Shown here: positions 1-10,464 of the stretch, piece after piece
How the letters are laid out: every line of letters begins with the position of its first letter
Position numbering within the stretch: the first letter of the stretch is position 1
Virus record (IMG/VR): IMGVR_UViG_3300028833_002727
DNA from: a virus
Lineage: Duplodnaviria; Heunggongvirae; Uroviricota; Caudoviricetes
Strand: one strand, 5' to 3'
DNA length: 64,000 nucleotides
Made by a program: the position numbers and the translations under genes
The notes under the pieces: model-generated
The model's input: the letters and a program-made list of their open reading frames with translations, nothing else
The model's database searches: none
Told to the model about the DNA's origin: nothing

Positions 1-3000
1 ATATCGAGTACATACAAACGTTAGAGAAGATAAATTCTTAAACGTAAATATTAACCAAGATATTGAACAAATAGAAATCCTTAGTTTGAAACTTGATGTA
101 GAAAATTTTTATAAATTACATACATCAAGTTATGGTTGTTTAGTTGGGCGTGTTTTAGCAAACCAAGGTGTAGGTATTCCTAATGTCAAAATATCTGTGT
201 TTATACCAGTAGAGTCTGCTGATTTACAGAACCCAATATATAGATACCTTTATCCATACACGAACACAAAGACAAAAAACCAAGATGGTATCAGATATAA
301 TTTATTACCAGACGTAGTTTCAGATAAGTGTCACCAAGATGTAGGTACTTTTCCAAATAAACGATTGGTATTAGATGATGTAAATGTCATTGAAGTGTTT
401 GATAAATATTACAAATATACTACAGTTACGAATGATGCTGGTGATTATATGATATTCGGTTTACCTGTCGGATTAAATACTATTCATAGTGAACTTGATT
501 TATCTGACATAGGTATGTTATCACAGAAACCGCGTGATTTGTATTATAAAGGTTATGGTAAAACTCTTTTTGAAAACTCTTCACAATTTAAAAATGATAC
601 AAATCTTGATTATTTAACACAGATTATAGTTCAGGATACACCCGTACAGGTGTACCCGTTCTGGGGTGATGATGACACTGAAAATTATGATGGTGTTGAC
701 AAACAAGTAAAAATCACCCGTAATGATATTGATATTAACTATAAATTTGAACCAACGTGTATATTTATTGGTTCACTTGTTGCTGATGACAAATCAAATG
801 GTTTTAGTAAAAAATGTATTCCAACTGAACGTTCAGGCAAAATGGATAGATTAACAACTGGTACTGGTACAATTGAAATGATACGTAAAACACCAGATAA
901 CCAAGTTGAAAGTTTCTCTATTCAGGGTAATGATTTGATAGATGGTAATGGTACATGGTGTTATCAAATACCAATGAATTTGGATTATGTAAAAACTGAT
1001 GAATATGGTAGATTAGTTGCGGCGGAAGATGAAACAACAGGTATTCCAACTAGAGCTCGTGTGCGTTTTAGAATTTCTCTTGCAGACTATGAAAGTGATT
1101 CAGCAAACGCGCATTTACCAAAAGTTTTAGTTCCTAACAATCCTACTATGGATGAATGCGTATTAACCACAAACAACTACACATTACCTGATGGCACAAT
1201 AATGAAGAGTATGCACCAAGGACCAGATTATAACTTTGGTACATATACAAGAGAAAGTTCTTTTAGGGACTTGTTGTGGAATAATGTATATACAGTAAAA
1301 CAACATATACCTAGAATACAAAATATTATTGTTGAAGGTAGACATGTGGATAGAAATAAAAATTTCAGTGGAATTAAAGCAGTTAACGTAAATGGTAGTA
1401 ATAACCCAATACCTTATAACAATTTACGTGTAAATTTAACATTCTTATTTGTATTCCAATGTATTATTTTTAAAGCATTAGTATTGATAGTAACAATATT
1501 AAATAAAATTATATACTTCATACAAGTAGTTTTAAATGGGCTAACATGTAAAAAAGGTTTCAAAAAGAAAGTCGATCGTATTACTTGTTGTGATTGTGAA
1601 TGTGGCGGACAATGTAACGCCAAACTATTATACATTACTTTTGATGGAAGTATGTGTCCAAGTATGGAAGGTTATCAAATGGCTCTTGGCGCACACGAAA
1701 CACACGATGCAACAGGTGGTACTAAAAATGTTAATGCTCAAGAATTAGTATATAAAACTTGTATGGCTGGAACAAGTACTGGTGCAGAATTAGAAGGCAG
1801 ATTTGAAGAAACTGAATCAAAAGGTACGGACGGTATGTATGGTGATAATCCTAAAATGGACACTAAAACTACAGGTACAGTAAAGAGAGCAACTAACGAT
1901 TTTGATCCACTTTCAGCAGAAGCAAAATATAGTAGTGAACAACCACCAGATTTTTATGAGACACCAAACACTGGAACAACAAATGAAACCCCAAAGACAG
2001 GCCTCGGGTGGGTATCAAAAAATATGGTATCAGCAAGATCTCAATACTTTGTTAAATGTGTTGAATTACAGTTTGCAATGGAATATGAAGTAATTCAGTT
2101 TGATTTTTATAATGACTGGATTAACGGGTTAATATATCTACCAAGATGGTTTGCTGAGTTAAAACGTAGAAAACGTGTTGATTATGTTAACGCTTGTAAT
2201 GAAAATTATGGTGGACAGCGCGAGTTAGTTCAACAATGTGCTGTATATTATCGTGGTGATGGTAGTTTAAATAGTAATGGACAATGTGTTGGCCCACGCA
2301 AAAAAGAGTTTAATTGCCACAGAAGAAGTGGAAGAAGATCTGTTCATGTATTTAATGGCGTAGATTACTATCATGATGTTATGGGTAGAACACATAAAAT
2401 ACCACAGGGCGGTATAATACAAACCATAAAAAATCACATTGATGATAGGTATTTGTATTATTTACGCCCATGTAAAATAATGAGACAACTCGGAACAACT
2501 GGGGCTACGGTTAAGGCAAATTTATTTGCTACAGATATTGTATTATTGGGTAGTGTAAATGATTGTAGTATTTTCGGTATACCAAAAGCGACAGGATATT
2601 CATCTAGTACATTTATCATGCCACCACCAACTGGACAAATTGTTAGTGATAGTCAGGAGATGAGTATATATTATAAAAAAGATATTCAATTTGATGCTGG
2701 AGATGACGATTTTTTCATTACTCAAAATAGGAGATTACCAAATGACACGACATATGAAGCAACACAGCATGAGTTGTCTGGAATAGATTGGGGATATAAT
2801 CCATTTAATCTTGATGAGTCAGAAAATAACTCAACACAAAACGTGCAAAATCAACAAGGCGGACATTTCCTTGAAATTGGTTGTGTGGCTGCTGATGTTA
2901 CTCCAAAAAGTTGTATCAATTTACAACGTATATGTGAATTAGGATCAGAAATGTCACAATCACATTTCTATAGTAACAATGCTGTTGACGGCTCTGGTAC

Positions 3001-3535
3001 AGTGACAGGATATTTTGTTGGTGCCAAAGGTATTATATCTGGTAGGGAAATAAATAGTGAAGACATGCGCACAAAGTTTGCCGCACTTAATTCTCAACAA
3101 TTGGCAACAATACCAACTTCAATCAATATGAGAAAACTAAGGGTTGAGGGTCTTACACCATATAATTTTAATGGAACATTAAAAGGTTGGGAACAAATAG
3201 GTAGTTTTTTAAATAATAGCGGTGAAAATGAATCTGCATCATATACAAAATTTAGATTTTTTAGAGATTCAAATGATTATGTTTCATGTTGCAATAGAGC
3301 AAAAACATATAGTAATTCTTATTTAGGGTCTAGATTTTTAATAACAGATGGTACTCTTTTTACTATGCCAATGTATGAAAACTCATTTTATTTCTATTTT
3401 GGATTAAAAGACGGAAACACAGCAATTGACAGATTATATACAGAATATTTCAGTGAATGTACAAATAACGAAAATATTGAAGTAGATACTTCTCTTGTAT
3501 TAGGACAAAAGGTTGATGAATTCGTTGAAAAATGA
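1..3535 (+). CDS. Large structural protein, 5'-truncated at the window edge. The frame is open from nt 2, and the listed TTG at 86 is internal.
   Basis: Frame 2 has no stop from nt 2 to 3535. It lies in the tail/structural module upstream of the tail fibre. It has an AT-rich low-complexity hydrophobic insert at ~1430-1560. Confidence 0.5.
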   Translation, partial: YRVHTNVREDKFLNVNINQDIEQIEILSLKLDVENFYKLHTSSYGCLVGRVLANQGVGIPNVKISVFIPVESADLQNPIYRYLYPYTNTKTKNQDGIRYNLLPDVVSDKCHQDVGTFPNKRLVLDDVNVIEVFDKYYKYTTVTNDAGDYMIFGLPVGLNTIHSELDLSDIGMLSQKPRDLYYKGYGKTLFENSSQFKNDTNLDYLTQIIVQDTPVQVYPFWGDDDTENYDGVDKQVKITRNDIDINYKFEPTCIFIGSLVADDKSNGFSKKCIPTERSGKMDRLTTGTGTIEMIRKTPDNQVESFSIQGNDLIDGNGTWCYQIPMNLDYVKTDEYGRLVAAEDETTGIPTRARVRFRISLADYESDSANAHLPKVLVPNNPTMDECVLTTNNYTLPDGTIMKSMHQGPDYNFGTYTRESSFRDLLWNNVYTVKQHIPRIQNIIVEGRHVDRNKNFSGIKAVNVNGSNNPIPYNNLRVNLTFLFVFQCIIFKALVLIVTILNKIIYFIQVVLNGLTCKKGFKKKVDRITCCDCECGGQCNAKLLYITFDGSMCPSMEGYQMALGAHETHDATGGTKNVNAQELVYKTCMAGTSTGAELEGRFEETESKGTDGMYGDNPKMDTKTTGTVKRATNDFDPLSAEAKYSSEQPPDFYETPNTGTTNETPKTGLGWVSKNMVSARSQYFVKCVELQFAMEYEVIQFDFYNDWINGLIYLPRWFAELKRRKRVDYVNACNENYGGQRELVQQCAVYYRGDGSLNSNGQCVGPRKKEFNCHRRSGRRSVHVFNGVDYYHDVMGRTHKIPQGGIIQTIKNHIDDRYLYYLRPCKIMRQLGTTGATVKANLFATDIVLLGSVNDCSIFGIPKATGYSSSTFIMPPPTGQIVSDSQEMSIYYKKDIQFDAGDDDFFITQNRRLPNDTTYEATQHELSGIDWGYNPFNLDESENNSTQNVQNQQGGHFLEIGCVAADVTPKSCINLQRICELGSEMSQSHFYSNNAVDGSGTVTGYFVGAKGIISGREINSEDMRTKFAALNSQQLATIPTSINMRKLRVEGLTPYNFNGTLKGWEQIGSFLNNSGENESASYTKFRFFRDSNDYVSCCNRAKTYSNSYLGSRFLITDGTLFTMPMYENSFYFYFGLKDGNTAIDRLYTEYFSECTNNENIEVDTSLVLGQKVDEFVEK

Positions 3536-3549
3536 TAATATAATAATAT

Positions 3550-6312
3550 ATGGAAAATATTAAATTAACATTAAATAAAAATAAAAGTTTTTCAAGTGTA
3601 GATAAAATACAAAATCTACACTTGGATTTAGAATCTGAGGAAAAACTATTACCTGTAAGTGATTTACAAGGTAAGATAGACGCGTATGAACAATACTTAA
3701 AAGAAAAGGATGCGTGCAATACATATCGCTTCATTTTCACAATACGTCCTTATTGTTCAAATATTTTATTTAATCATATAACCGAAGTAGGATTACAAAA
3801 CCCATGGGTAAATTCCAAAATCCCATATCATGCATTATTTTTACACGAAGACAAAGCATACAATTTTGAATGTCATAATTTGTCAGACCCAAAATATTCT
3901 GATACAAAGAATGAGGCAGGAGTTAACGCACCAATAACAAGAGATACTGGATATTCAGATCAGTTGGATTATTATTGCGGTATAGACATTTTTAATAATC
4001 ATAATTTAAGAAGAAAAGAATTTGTTTGTATAAACCAACTAAAAGATGGTGAAACTAGGGACAAGGAATTTTTTAATACATTATTTGATTATGTAAGATC
4101 AGAGTCAGGCGCTAGAATTGATGGTTTTACATACAATATAAATAACCCTAGCGAGACAAGTTCGTTACATTTGTATACCAAAGATAGTGTATATTCATTC
4201 ACTGATGCCATTGCTAAAAATTTAGATGAAGAAAATGGTTGGGTTGGTTTTAAAAATGTTACAATTCTTGATACGTTTAAGACATCTGTGAAGGATAACC
4301 AAAAAATATATAAAATGTTGAAAAATTATCAACCATGTACATTTGTTGATATGTATCCAACAAGAAAACATTTTTCTTTCGTACCATTTATTAACAAAAA
4401 TCCAATTCGAACCGAAAAAAATTGGGAATACTTATTGACGTATCCATATAAAAATGTGTATGATAATCCATTAGTATATGATAATATGAGAAAAATTTAT
4501 GGTATTAGGTGTGACTTGGAATTACCTGAAAACATGGGAACAGATAGTGGTGAAATAAGTTTAAAACAGTTATTAGGTTTAGATGATGATAATCCCGTTA
4601 ATGTTCCACTAAACATTACATTTTCTTCTCATTTAAAACATAACTTAACTCAAAATGATAAAATCAATTTGCATATTTTCAATGGCAACGCGAAAGTATT
4701 TACAAGTAGTAATGTAAATATTGTGTCAACTGGTTATAATGGTTATGATAGCGAACATTATTTTTCTGTAGCGTTAAATGATGTTATAACTGACATGACA
4801 TTAGCACTTAATGTATACCCAGAAGGAATAATTGGTTTTAGATTTGAAAAAATTAGTGTTGGTAGACCTTGTAGATATTATCTTCGTAAATTTAGGAAAT
4901 TACCTAATTTTGATGGTATACAGGTAGATACAGCTAATGAAATAGCCAATGAAGAAACTATTAAAGAAGCACTACAAAACAACGAATTTTCATCTTCATT
5001 GAATAAATTAGGGTTTAGTAAAACAATATATGGTGATGATATTTCACAAATTATATATGATGATGTGAAAATTGAAGGCTTACGAGATAATTTAGGAAGA
5101 GAGTTATCAGTCATTTATTTAACAATCATTAAAACTAATTATGGGCATGATGATTGGTATAAAATAAGTAATGTGGATACTTATTTTCCGGTTAATAATA
5201 TTGAATATTCACATTGTTTTGGTAAAGTATCATCAGGATTCGATTTACAACCAACCGTGATAGATAAGGACGAGTATAATATTCATAGGCAGCACAACAT
5301 AACCACTACAGTAACGCCTAGGTCAAAAACGCTAATTAACAATATACAGGCTTCTAGTGCAAAATTAGAAGATGATATATCAGTGCGCAGTGATACTTTT
5401 CTTGAAAACTTTGATTTATTTGGGGACATTATTGAATTAAACGAAGCAACATTAGAAGAGACGGTTTTGGAAACAGTACAACATAGATTTAACACCGCAC
5501 AACGCGAGTTTGATGAAATCGTGGGTGATGATACAACTTCAAACCCCTTTTCTAAATTAACGATTGACACCATTGAACACGACGATTATGATAACGCTGC
5601 CGGATTTAAAGGTAAAACTGAAAACATAATGTGTGCAGGTTATTGGGCAAATATTGCACCAGAAGGATATTATTATCAAGCGCATTACCCAATAAGGATA
5701 AAACAATATGACACAATAGTTAATACTGGTTATCACACACAAGTTAAATTTACTGGTGTAACAGGTAAAACAATTACAACAGATGTAAACTATTATTTAG
5801 AGTTAAATGACGAATTATATTTGTTTAAGAAAGATGATAAAACCAATACAAAATATATCGCACATGTAGATAAAGTTGAAGGCGACGATTTTACAAAAAT
5901 TACATTATCAGTTCCAACTGATGCAACTGGTAGTCTTAGTGACTACATCATATTCAAACCTAATGTGTTAAAACCAGATGGGGCATATGATTTTGGTGAC
6001 ATTGAACCAAGTTCATATAGAGAAAAAAGTGGTAGATATGTATGGAGAGAGTTGTTACCATCATCAAAAATACCAAGAGATAGTGAACTATATGACTCTA
6101 TTTTTACTAATGGTGCAATATATCACTACAAAGACATCAATTTTTATGTAAAAAGACAAGATCCATACGGTGAATATGGTTTGCATCCATTATATAATAA
6201 AGATGAGGCTAGTGATACATGTATTAAACCATTTGATTTAGAATTCGATGGAAATGAAACAGATATTACATATGGTGACTACTTTGAACCTGGAGAGAAT
6301 AATGTTTGTTAA
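3550..6312 (+). CDS. Hypothetical virion structural protein (920 aa)
   Basis: Long ORF in the co-directional structural block. No recognisable motif. Confidence 0.4.
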   Translation: MENIKLTLNKNKSFSSVDKIQNLHLDLESEEKLLPVSDLQGKIDAYEQYLKEKDACNTYRFIFTIRPYCSNILFNHITEVGLQNPWVNSKIPYHALFLHEDKAYNFECHNLSDPKYSDTKNEAGVNAPITRDTGYSDQLDYYCGIDIFNNHNLRRKEFVCINQLKDGETRDKEFFNTLFDYVRSESGARIDGFTYNINNPSETSSLHLYTKDSVYSFTDAIAKNLDEENGWVGFKNVTILDTFKTSVKDNQKIYKMLKNYQPCTFVDMYPTRKHFSFVPFINKNPIRTEKNWEYLLTYPYKNVYDNPLVYDNMRKIYGIRCDLELPENMGTDSGEISLKQLLGLDDDNPVNVPLNITFSSHLKHNLTQNDKINLHIFNGNAKVFTSSNVNIVSTGYNGYDSEHYFSVALNDVITDMTLALNVYPEGIIGFRFEKISVGRPCRYYLRKFRKLPNFDGIQVDTANEIANEETIKEALQNNEFSSSLNKLGFSKTIYGDDISQIIYDDVKIEGLRDNLGRELSVIYLTIIKTNYGHDDWYKISNVDTYFPVNNIEYSHCFGKVSSGFDLQPTVIDKDEYNIHRQHNITTTVTPRSKTLINNIQASSAKLEDDISVRSDTFLENFDLFGDIIELNEATLEETVLETVQHRFNTAQREFDEIVGDDTTSNPFSKLTIDTIEHDDYDNAAGFKGKTENIMCAGYWANIAPEGYYYQAHYPIRIKQYDTIVNTGYHTQVKFTGVTGKTITTDVNYYLELNDELYLFKKDDKTNTKYIAHVDKVEGDDFTKITLSVPTDATGSLSDYIIFKPNVLKPDGAYDFGDIEPSSYREKSGRYVWRELLPSSKIPRDSELYDSIFTNGAIYHYKDINFYVKRQDPYGEYGLHPLYNKDEASDTCIKPFDLEFDGNETDITYGDYFEPGENNVC

Positions 6313-6327
6313 AAAAATTTATAGATT

Positions 6328-7560
6328 ATGGAACGAAGAACAATAGACGTTGATAGTATAACTAATAGTGAGAATGGTGTTAATTTCGAAATACCATTAT
6401 CTAATGATTTTGCAGTTGGGCTTCAACAAAACGATTCATTGAATAATTCTTATCTAGATGAAGTTAAAGAAAATAGTATCAATAAAGTAGTTAATTATGA
6501 GAAATATTTGTTTTATCCGGCATATCTAACAACAACTTTAAAATTTACTGGGGGTTATTTTATAGATAACAAAGGCGTACTACGACTAGGTTATCAACCT
6601 AAAATTGATGACTTAGATGACTATGTACGTGATGTTAACAAAATAACTTTCCACCTATATCTTAAACACCGTGAACATGATAGTAATAATGATTACGGTT
6701 CATGGAATAGTTCAGATGAATATTATTGGAATAGATGGGACGGAGAAACTGAATCTGATGGCAAGAAAAAAACAAGTAATAAATTATCGACTAAAAAAAA
6801 TGGCGATTTACTTGGTTGTTTAGGTTTTAACGACGAAGATGTACTTTATCAAAAAAACGCACTAAAAAAATCATTTTTACGTATATCAATATATGATTCA
6901 CCATATAGACAGACACAAAAATTGTTATATTATGCTACACTGTTTTTTGACACTAATGAATTATATAACAAATATAATTATCTAGCAAACACTTATACAA
7001 TTAAGGATGGACAACAAAGGGTATATCAAATTGAAGATAGAACTACCATGCCGATTACGCATGATGATGAGAAACTTACTGCTACTTTTACTTGTACTAG
7101 TAAAGACGATACCAGCGCCTGTAGTGATGGTTTTTATTTGTATCTGTTTAACACAATTGTAGATAGTAATAAAGCAACTCAACTATATATGAAAGTTGAA
7201 TTTAATAACGCAAAATATGGTAAGACAGTTGTATTAACAAATCCAAGGGTAAGAAAGGGAACCGATATTACTCTTAACGATCAATTAACATTAGATTATA
7301 ATAATGGTAACAATGATTTTCCAACTGATTATGAGGTGACAAGTGGTAGTGGAGATAACTCATATGTTGATATTGCAAAACTTTACGATGATTTATATAT
7401 ACCAATTTTTGTTAGGTATAATAGCAAAAAAAATAGATATGAATGGTATATTGCAAGTAATGAACAATGTGGATTATCATTAAAAACAAACCCAGACGAA
7501 GAACCAGGAAATATTAACATTTATTTATTTGAACCTAGAATAAACAAATTAAAACCATAA
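6328..7560 (+). CDS. Hypothetical structural protein (410 aa)
   Basis: ORF tightly packed in the structural operon. Confidence 0.4.
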   Translation: MERRTIDVDSITNSENGVNFEIPLSNDFAVGLQQNDSLNNSYLDEVKENSINKVVNYEKYLFYPAYLTTTLKFTGGYFIDNKGVLRLGYQPKIDDLDDYVRDVNKITFHLYLKHREHDSNNDYGSWNSSDEYYWNRWDGETESDGKKKTSNKLSTKKNGDLLGCLGFNDEDVLYQKNALKKSFLRISIYDSPYRQTQKLLYYATLFFDTNELYNKYNYLANTYTIKDGQQRVYQIEDRTTMPITHDDEKLTATFTCTSKDDTSACSDGFYLYLFNTIVDSNKATQLYMKVEFNNAKYGKTVVLTNPRVRKGTDITLNDQLTLDYNNGNNDFPTDYEVTSGSGDNSYVDIAKLYDDLYIPIFVRYNSKKNRYEWYIASNEQCGLSLKTNPDEEPGNINIYLFEPRINKLKP

Positions 7561-7571
7561 ACAACTTTAAT

Positions 7572-9485
7572 ATGGACAAAATACATAAAATAATAAACCT
7601 TGAACAAGCAAAAAATAGAACACCAAATCCAATACAACATTATGTTATTGATTATGAAGAACATACTTGTAATCCACAAGATTATGATACGTTTGGCGGG
7701 TATTGTTTAGACATTTTGGTACCAAAAACCGCCGAGATTTGTGTACCTTTGATTTCTTGGGCACACGATTTAGATGATATTTATCATTTTGAGGAAGTTG
7801 AAGTGACTGCATTTGATATTCTTAGTGAAAATGTTGTTCGTCCAAATTGTGAGTTTGGTAATTGTAATCCAGAGGATGTAACAATAGCATATTGGGTTCG
7901 TTATAAAAATTTAATGGCAATGTACCATTGGTTGTTAAATGTGTTTATACCGTCCATTAGTTTTTACCAAAAATGTACAAATGGATATAAATCAATTAAG
8001 GTTAATGACAGAAAAGACATTTTCAAAACTGATATTGAGATATTTAGTGAACTACCAACAAACGATGAATTTGAACCTGGAACAATTATAGGGGTAACAT
8101 CTATGTATGGCGAGTTTATTTCAAAATTCAAAAGTGTTGAAACATGTAAAGATTTTTTACTTTTCATGGAAAGATTGTTGAGTGAAGGTATATTTTCACC
8201 AATTTCAGGAACAACACCATATATTGATGTTGAATTATCAATTACAAGTAATAATACTGATCTTGGTATAATGTCGCCTGTATGTGAAGAATGGATACCG
8301 AATAAAAAATATCACCTTGGAGATGTTGTTTTATATAATGGTATAACATATATATTGGGTAAATGTGATGAAACGAAATATGATAAAATTGAATTAACTG
8401 GTGAACTATTAAACAGTATTTTGGAAATATTGAAAGATGAGTCTCAAGACATTTATAACGTTGTAACTTCATCCTCAGACATACCTGAAGAAACATTTAG
8501 GTTAAAAGTTATTAGTTACGACAATAAACCTCATGTATATAAGCAATGTTTATTGAAGCAAACAACTGCTGGAATAGTGACATGGTATTTAGTTTCTCCA
8601 TATGACGACGGATTTTATAGTAGGTATTCAAAAACAACTAAGTTTACTAGCGAAACTGGAAAAACAAATTGGACAATATATAGAAAAAACTATAATGTGT
8701 CTGACTCGACTTCATATACTGGAATTACCGAATCTAAGTTAATATCGCTAAAACGTAAAATTACTTCAGTTGATGATTTTGGTGAGATATTACCTTTTAT
8801 AATAAAAGATAATGACCCCAATAACACTCACGGTGAAATACCGTACATGTCTGGAATAACTAATGAACGTTTGTATGAGGATGGTACATTTAGGGCTGAT
8901 GATTTGCGTATAGTTTCAATTAGTCCGGTTAATACTGATGTTCCAAGTAGTTGGACTAATATTACAAGTGATTCAATTACTAGTGATAAATTTAACGATA
9001 GTGGATTTATTAAGTTCATATACACGATTGGCTGTGAATTAGGGAATACTAAACTTGTGCGCCCATACACTGGAGTAGAATATGTAGATGTTTGGAAATA
9101 CACCAAACAACAAATGACTGTTCGTATACAAGGAAGGAATTATACTTTTGATTATATTTTAATTACACCAATTGACAGTAATGAACCGATAAATAATCTT
9201 GATATTACCAATAAAACTCCTATATTATCAAAAATATCATATCACGGTGCAGAATTAAAATATCTTGATTATTTACTAGCCCCATATATTAAAGAAGAAG
9301 AATTATTGGGCGTACAAGACATTAACACTGTTGAATATGATATGCACACTGGAAAATATGTTAACACTGTTAATGGATACATCAAGCGAGGTACTGCTGG
9401 CGCATTAGAAAGACATCAGATTTTGGGTGAAGTAAAAACATTCAATGATTTAGAAAATTACAGGAATAATTTTTTCCAAATCTAA
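7572..9485 (+). CDS. Hypothetical structural protein (637 aa)
   Basis: Long ORF placed in the structural operon. Confidence 0.4.
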   Translation: MDKIHKIINLEQAKNRTPNPIQHYVIDYEEHTCNPQDYDTFGGYCLDILVPKTAEICVPLISWAHDLDDIYHFEEVEVTAFDILSENVVRPNCEFGNCNPEDVTIAYWVRYKNLMAMYHWLLNVFIPSISFYQKCTNGYKSIKVNDRKDIFKTDIEIFSELPTNDEFEPGTIIGVTSMYGEFISKFKSVETCKDFLLFMERLLSEGIFSPISGTTPYIDVELSITSNNTDLGIMSPVCEEWIPNKKYHLGDVVLYNGITYILGKCDETKYDKIELTGELLNSILEILKDESQDIYNVVTSSSDIPEETFRLKVISYDNKPHVYKQCLLKQTTAGIVTWYLVSPYDDGFYSRYSKTTKFTSETGKTNWTIYRKNYNVSDSTSYTGITESKLISLKRKITSVDDFGEILPFIIKDNDPNNTHGEIPYMSGITNERLYEDGTFRADDLRIVSISPVNTDVPSSWTNITSDSITSDKFNDSGFIKFIYTIGCELGNTKLVRPYTGVEYVDVWKYTKQQMTVRIQGRNYTFDYILITPIDSNEPINNLDITNKTPILSKISYHGAELKYLDYLLAPYIKEEELLGVQDINTVEYDMHTGKYVNTVNGYIKRGTAGALERHQILGEVKTFNDLENYRNNFFQI

Positions 9486-9532
9486 ATCAAAAAAGATAAT
9501 AAAAATAGTATTTATAGTTAAAAGATTGCACA

Positions 9533-10462
9533 ATGATTACAAACGGAACATACGGAACAAAAAAACCCGCATTTATCACATCAGATGATGTAGATATATT
9601 CTATTTTTATCGTCCTACTAGAAGCACTGATTCTATGGAATTTTCAACGGGTTTTCAAATGTTAGATTCATCTTTATTGATGTCCACTACTTATGTGGAT
9701 GATGATGATAATGTATCTAATTTGCCTGGTATGTATAATTTAAAACTACCAGTTGATAAATTTGGCTCACCAGGTATTTATACGATTTACATTAAACCAA
9801 AAGAAATTGAAGCAACCATATCAGATATTGGCGTGTTAACAGCATACCCAAATATTAGAGGTGTTGTATTGAACTCTAGCAATATAAATGCTACAAATTC
9901 ACAAATTTTTAATAATGGTGGGTTAATTGGTTATAGAATTGATTATTATGATAACGATGTAAATGGGCAATTAACACAACAGGACATGTATAGGATTATA
10001 ACATCAAATAATAGATGTGAACCAGTTTCACAGAATTTTAATGATGTTAATGGAAAAGGTATTAAGTATAGATTAAATAATTCAAGTAATTTAATTTTCT
10101 GTACCGTTACACCATCTATAGGTATGTCTTTTAACCCTAACGATTTACCAAGTTTAGGTACTACGGGACAAAAAATTAAACTTGTTAACACAAAATTCAA
10201 TCCGATTTCTTTGGAAATTGAAATGGTTGAACGTGATGTTCAAGATATTGCAACAATGTTAGAAGGCGACCAGATTAGAAACCTTGATAATGCAATTATT
10301 ACAACATTCAATAAAGATGGTGAAATTTATCACCAAGCAGAATATGGTAATATTGTTGACACCGCAACTGGTACACATACAGACTTTAAATTTGCAAAAG
10401 ATAGAACTAATTTTGATGCTAGTGAAAAGCAAAAAATGGACGAAATTAAAGAACAGATATAA
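9533..10462 (+). CDS. Hypothetical structural protein (309 aa)
   Basis: ORF whose stop overlaps the next start (ATAATTATG). Confidence 0.4.
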   Translation: MITNGTYGTKKPAFITSDDVDIFYFYRPTRSTDSMEFSTGFQMLDSSLLMSTTYVDDDDNVSNLPGMYNLKLPVDKFGSPGIYTIYIKPKEIEATISDIGVLTAYPNIRGVVLNSSNINATNSQIFNNGGLIGYRIDYYDNDVNGQLTQQDMYRIITSNNRCEPVSQNFNDVNGKGIKYRLNNSSNLIFCTVTPSIGMSFNPNDLPSLGTTGQKIKLVNTKFNPISLEIEMVERDVQDIATMLEGDQIRNLDNAIITTFNKDGEIYHQAEYGNIVDTATGTHTDFKFAKDRTNFDASEKQKMDEIKEQI

Positions 10463-10464
10463 TT

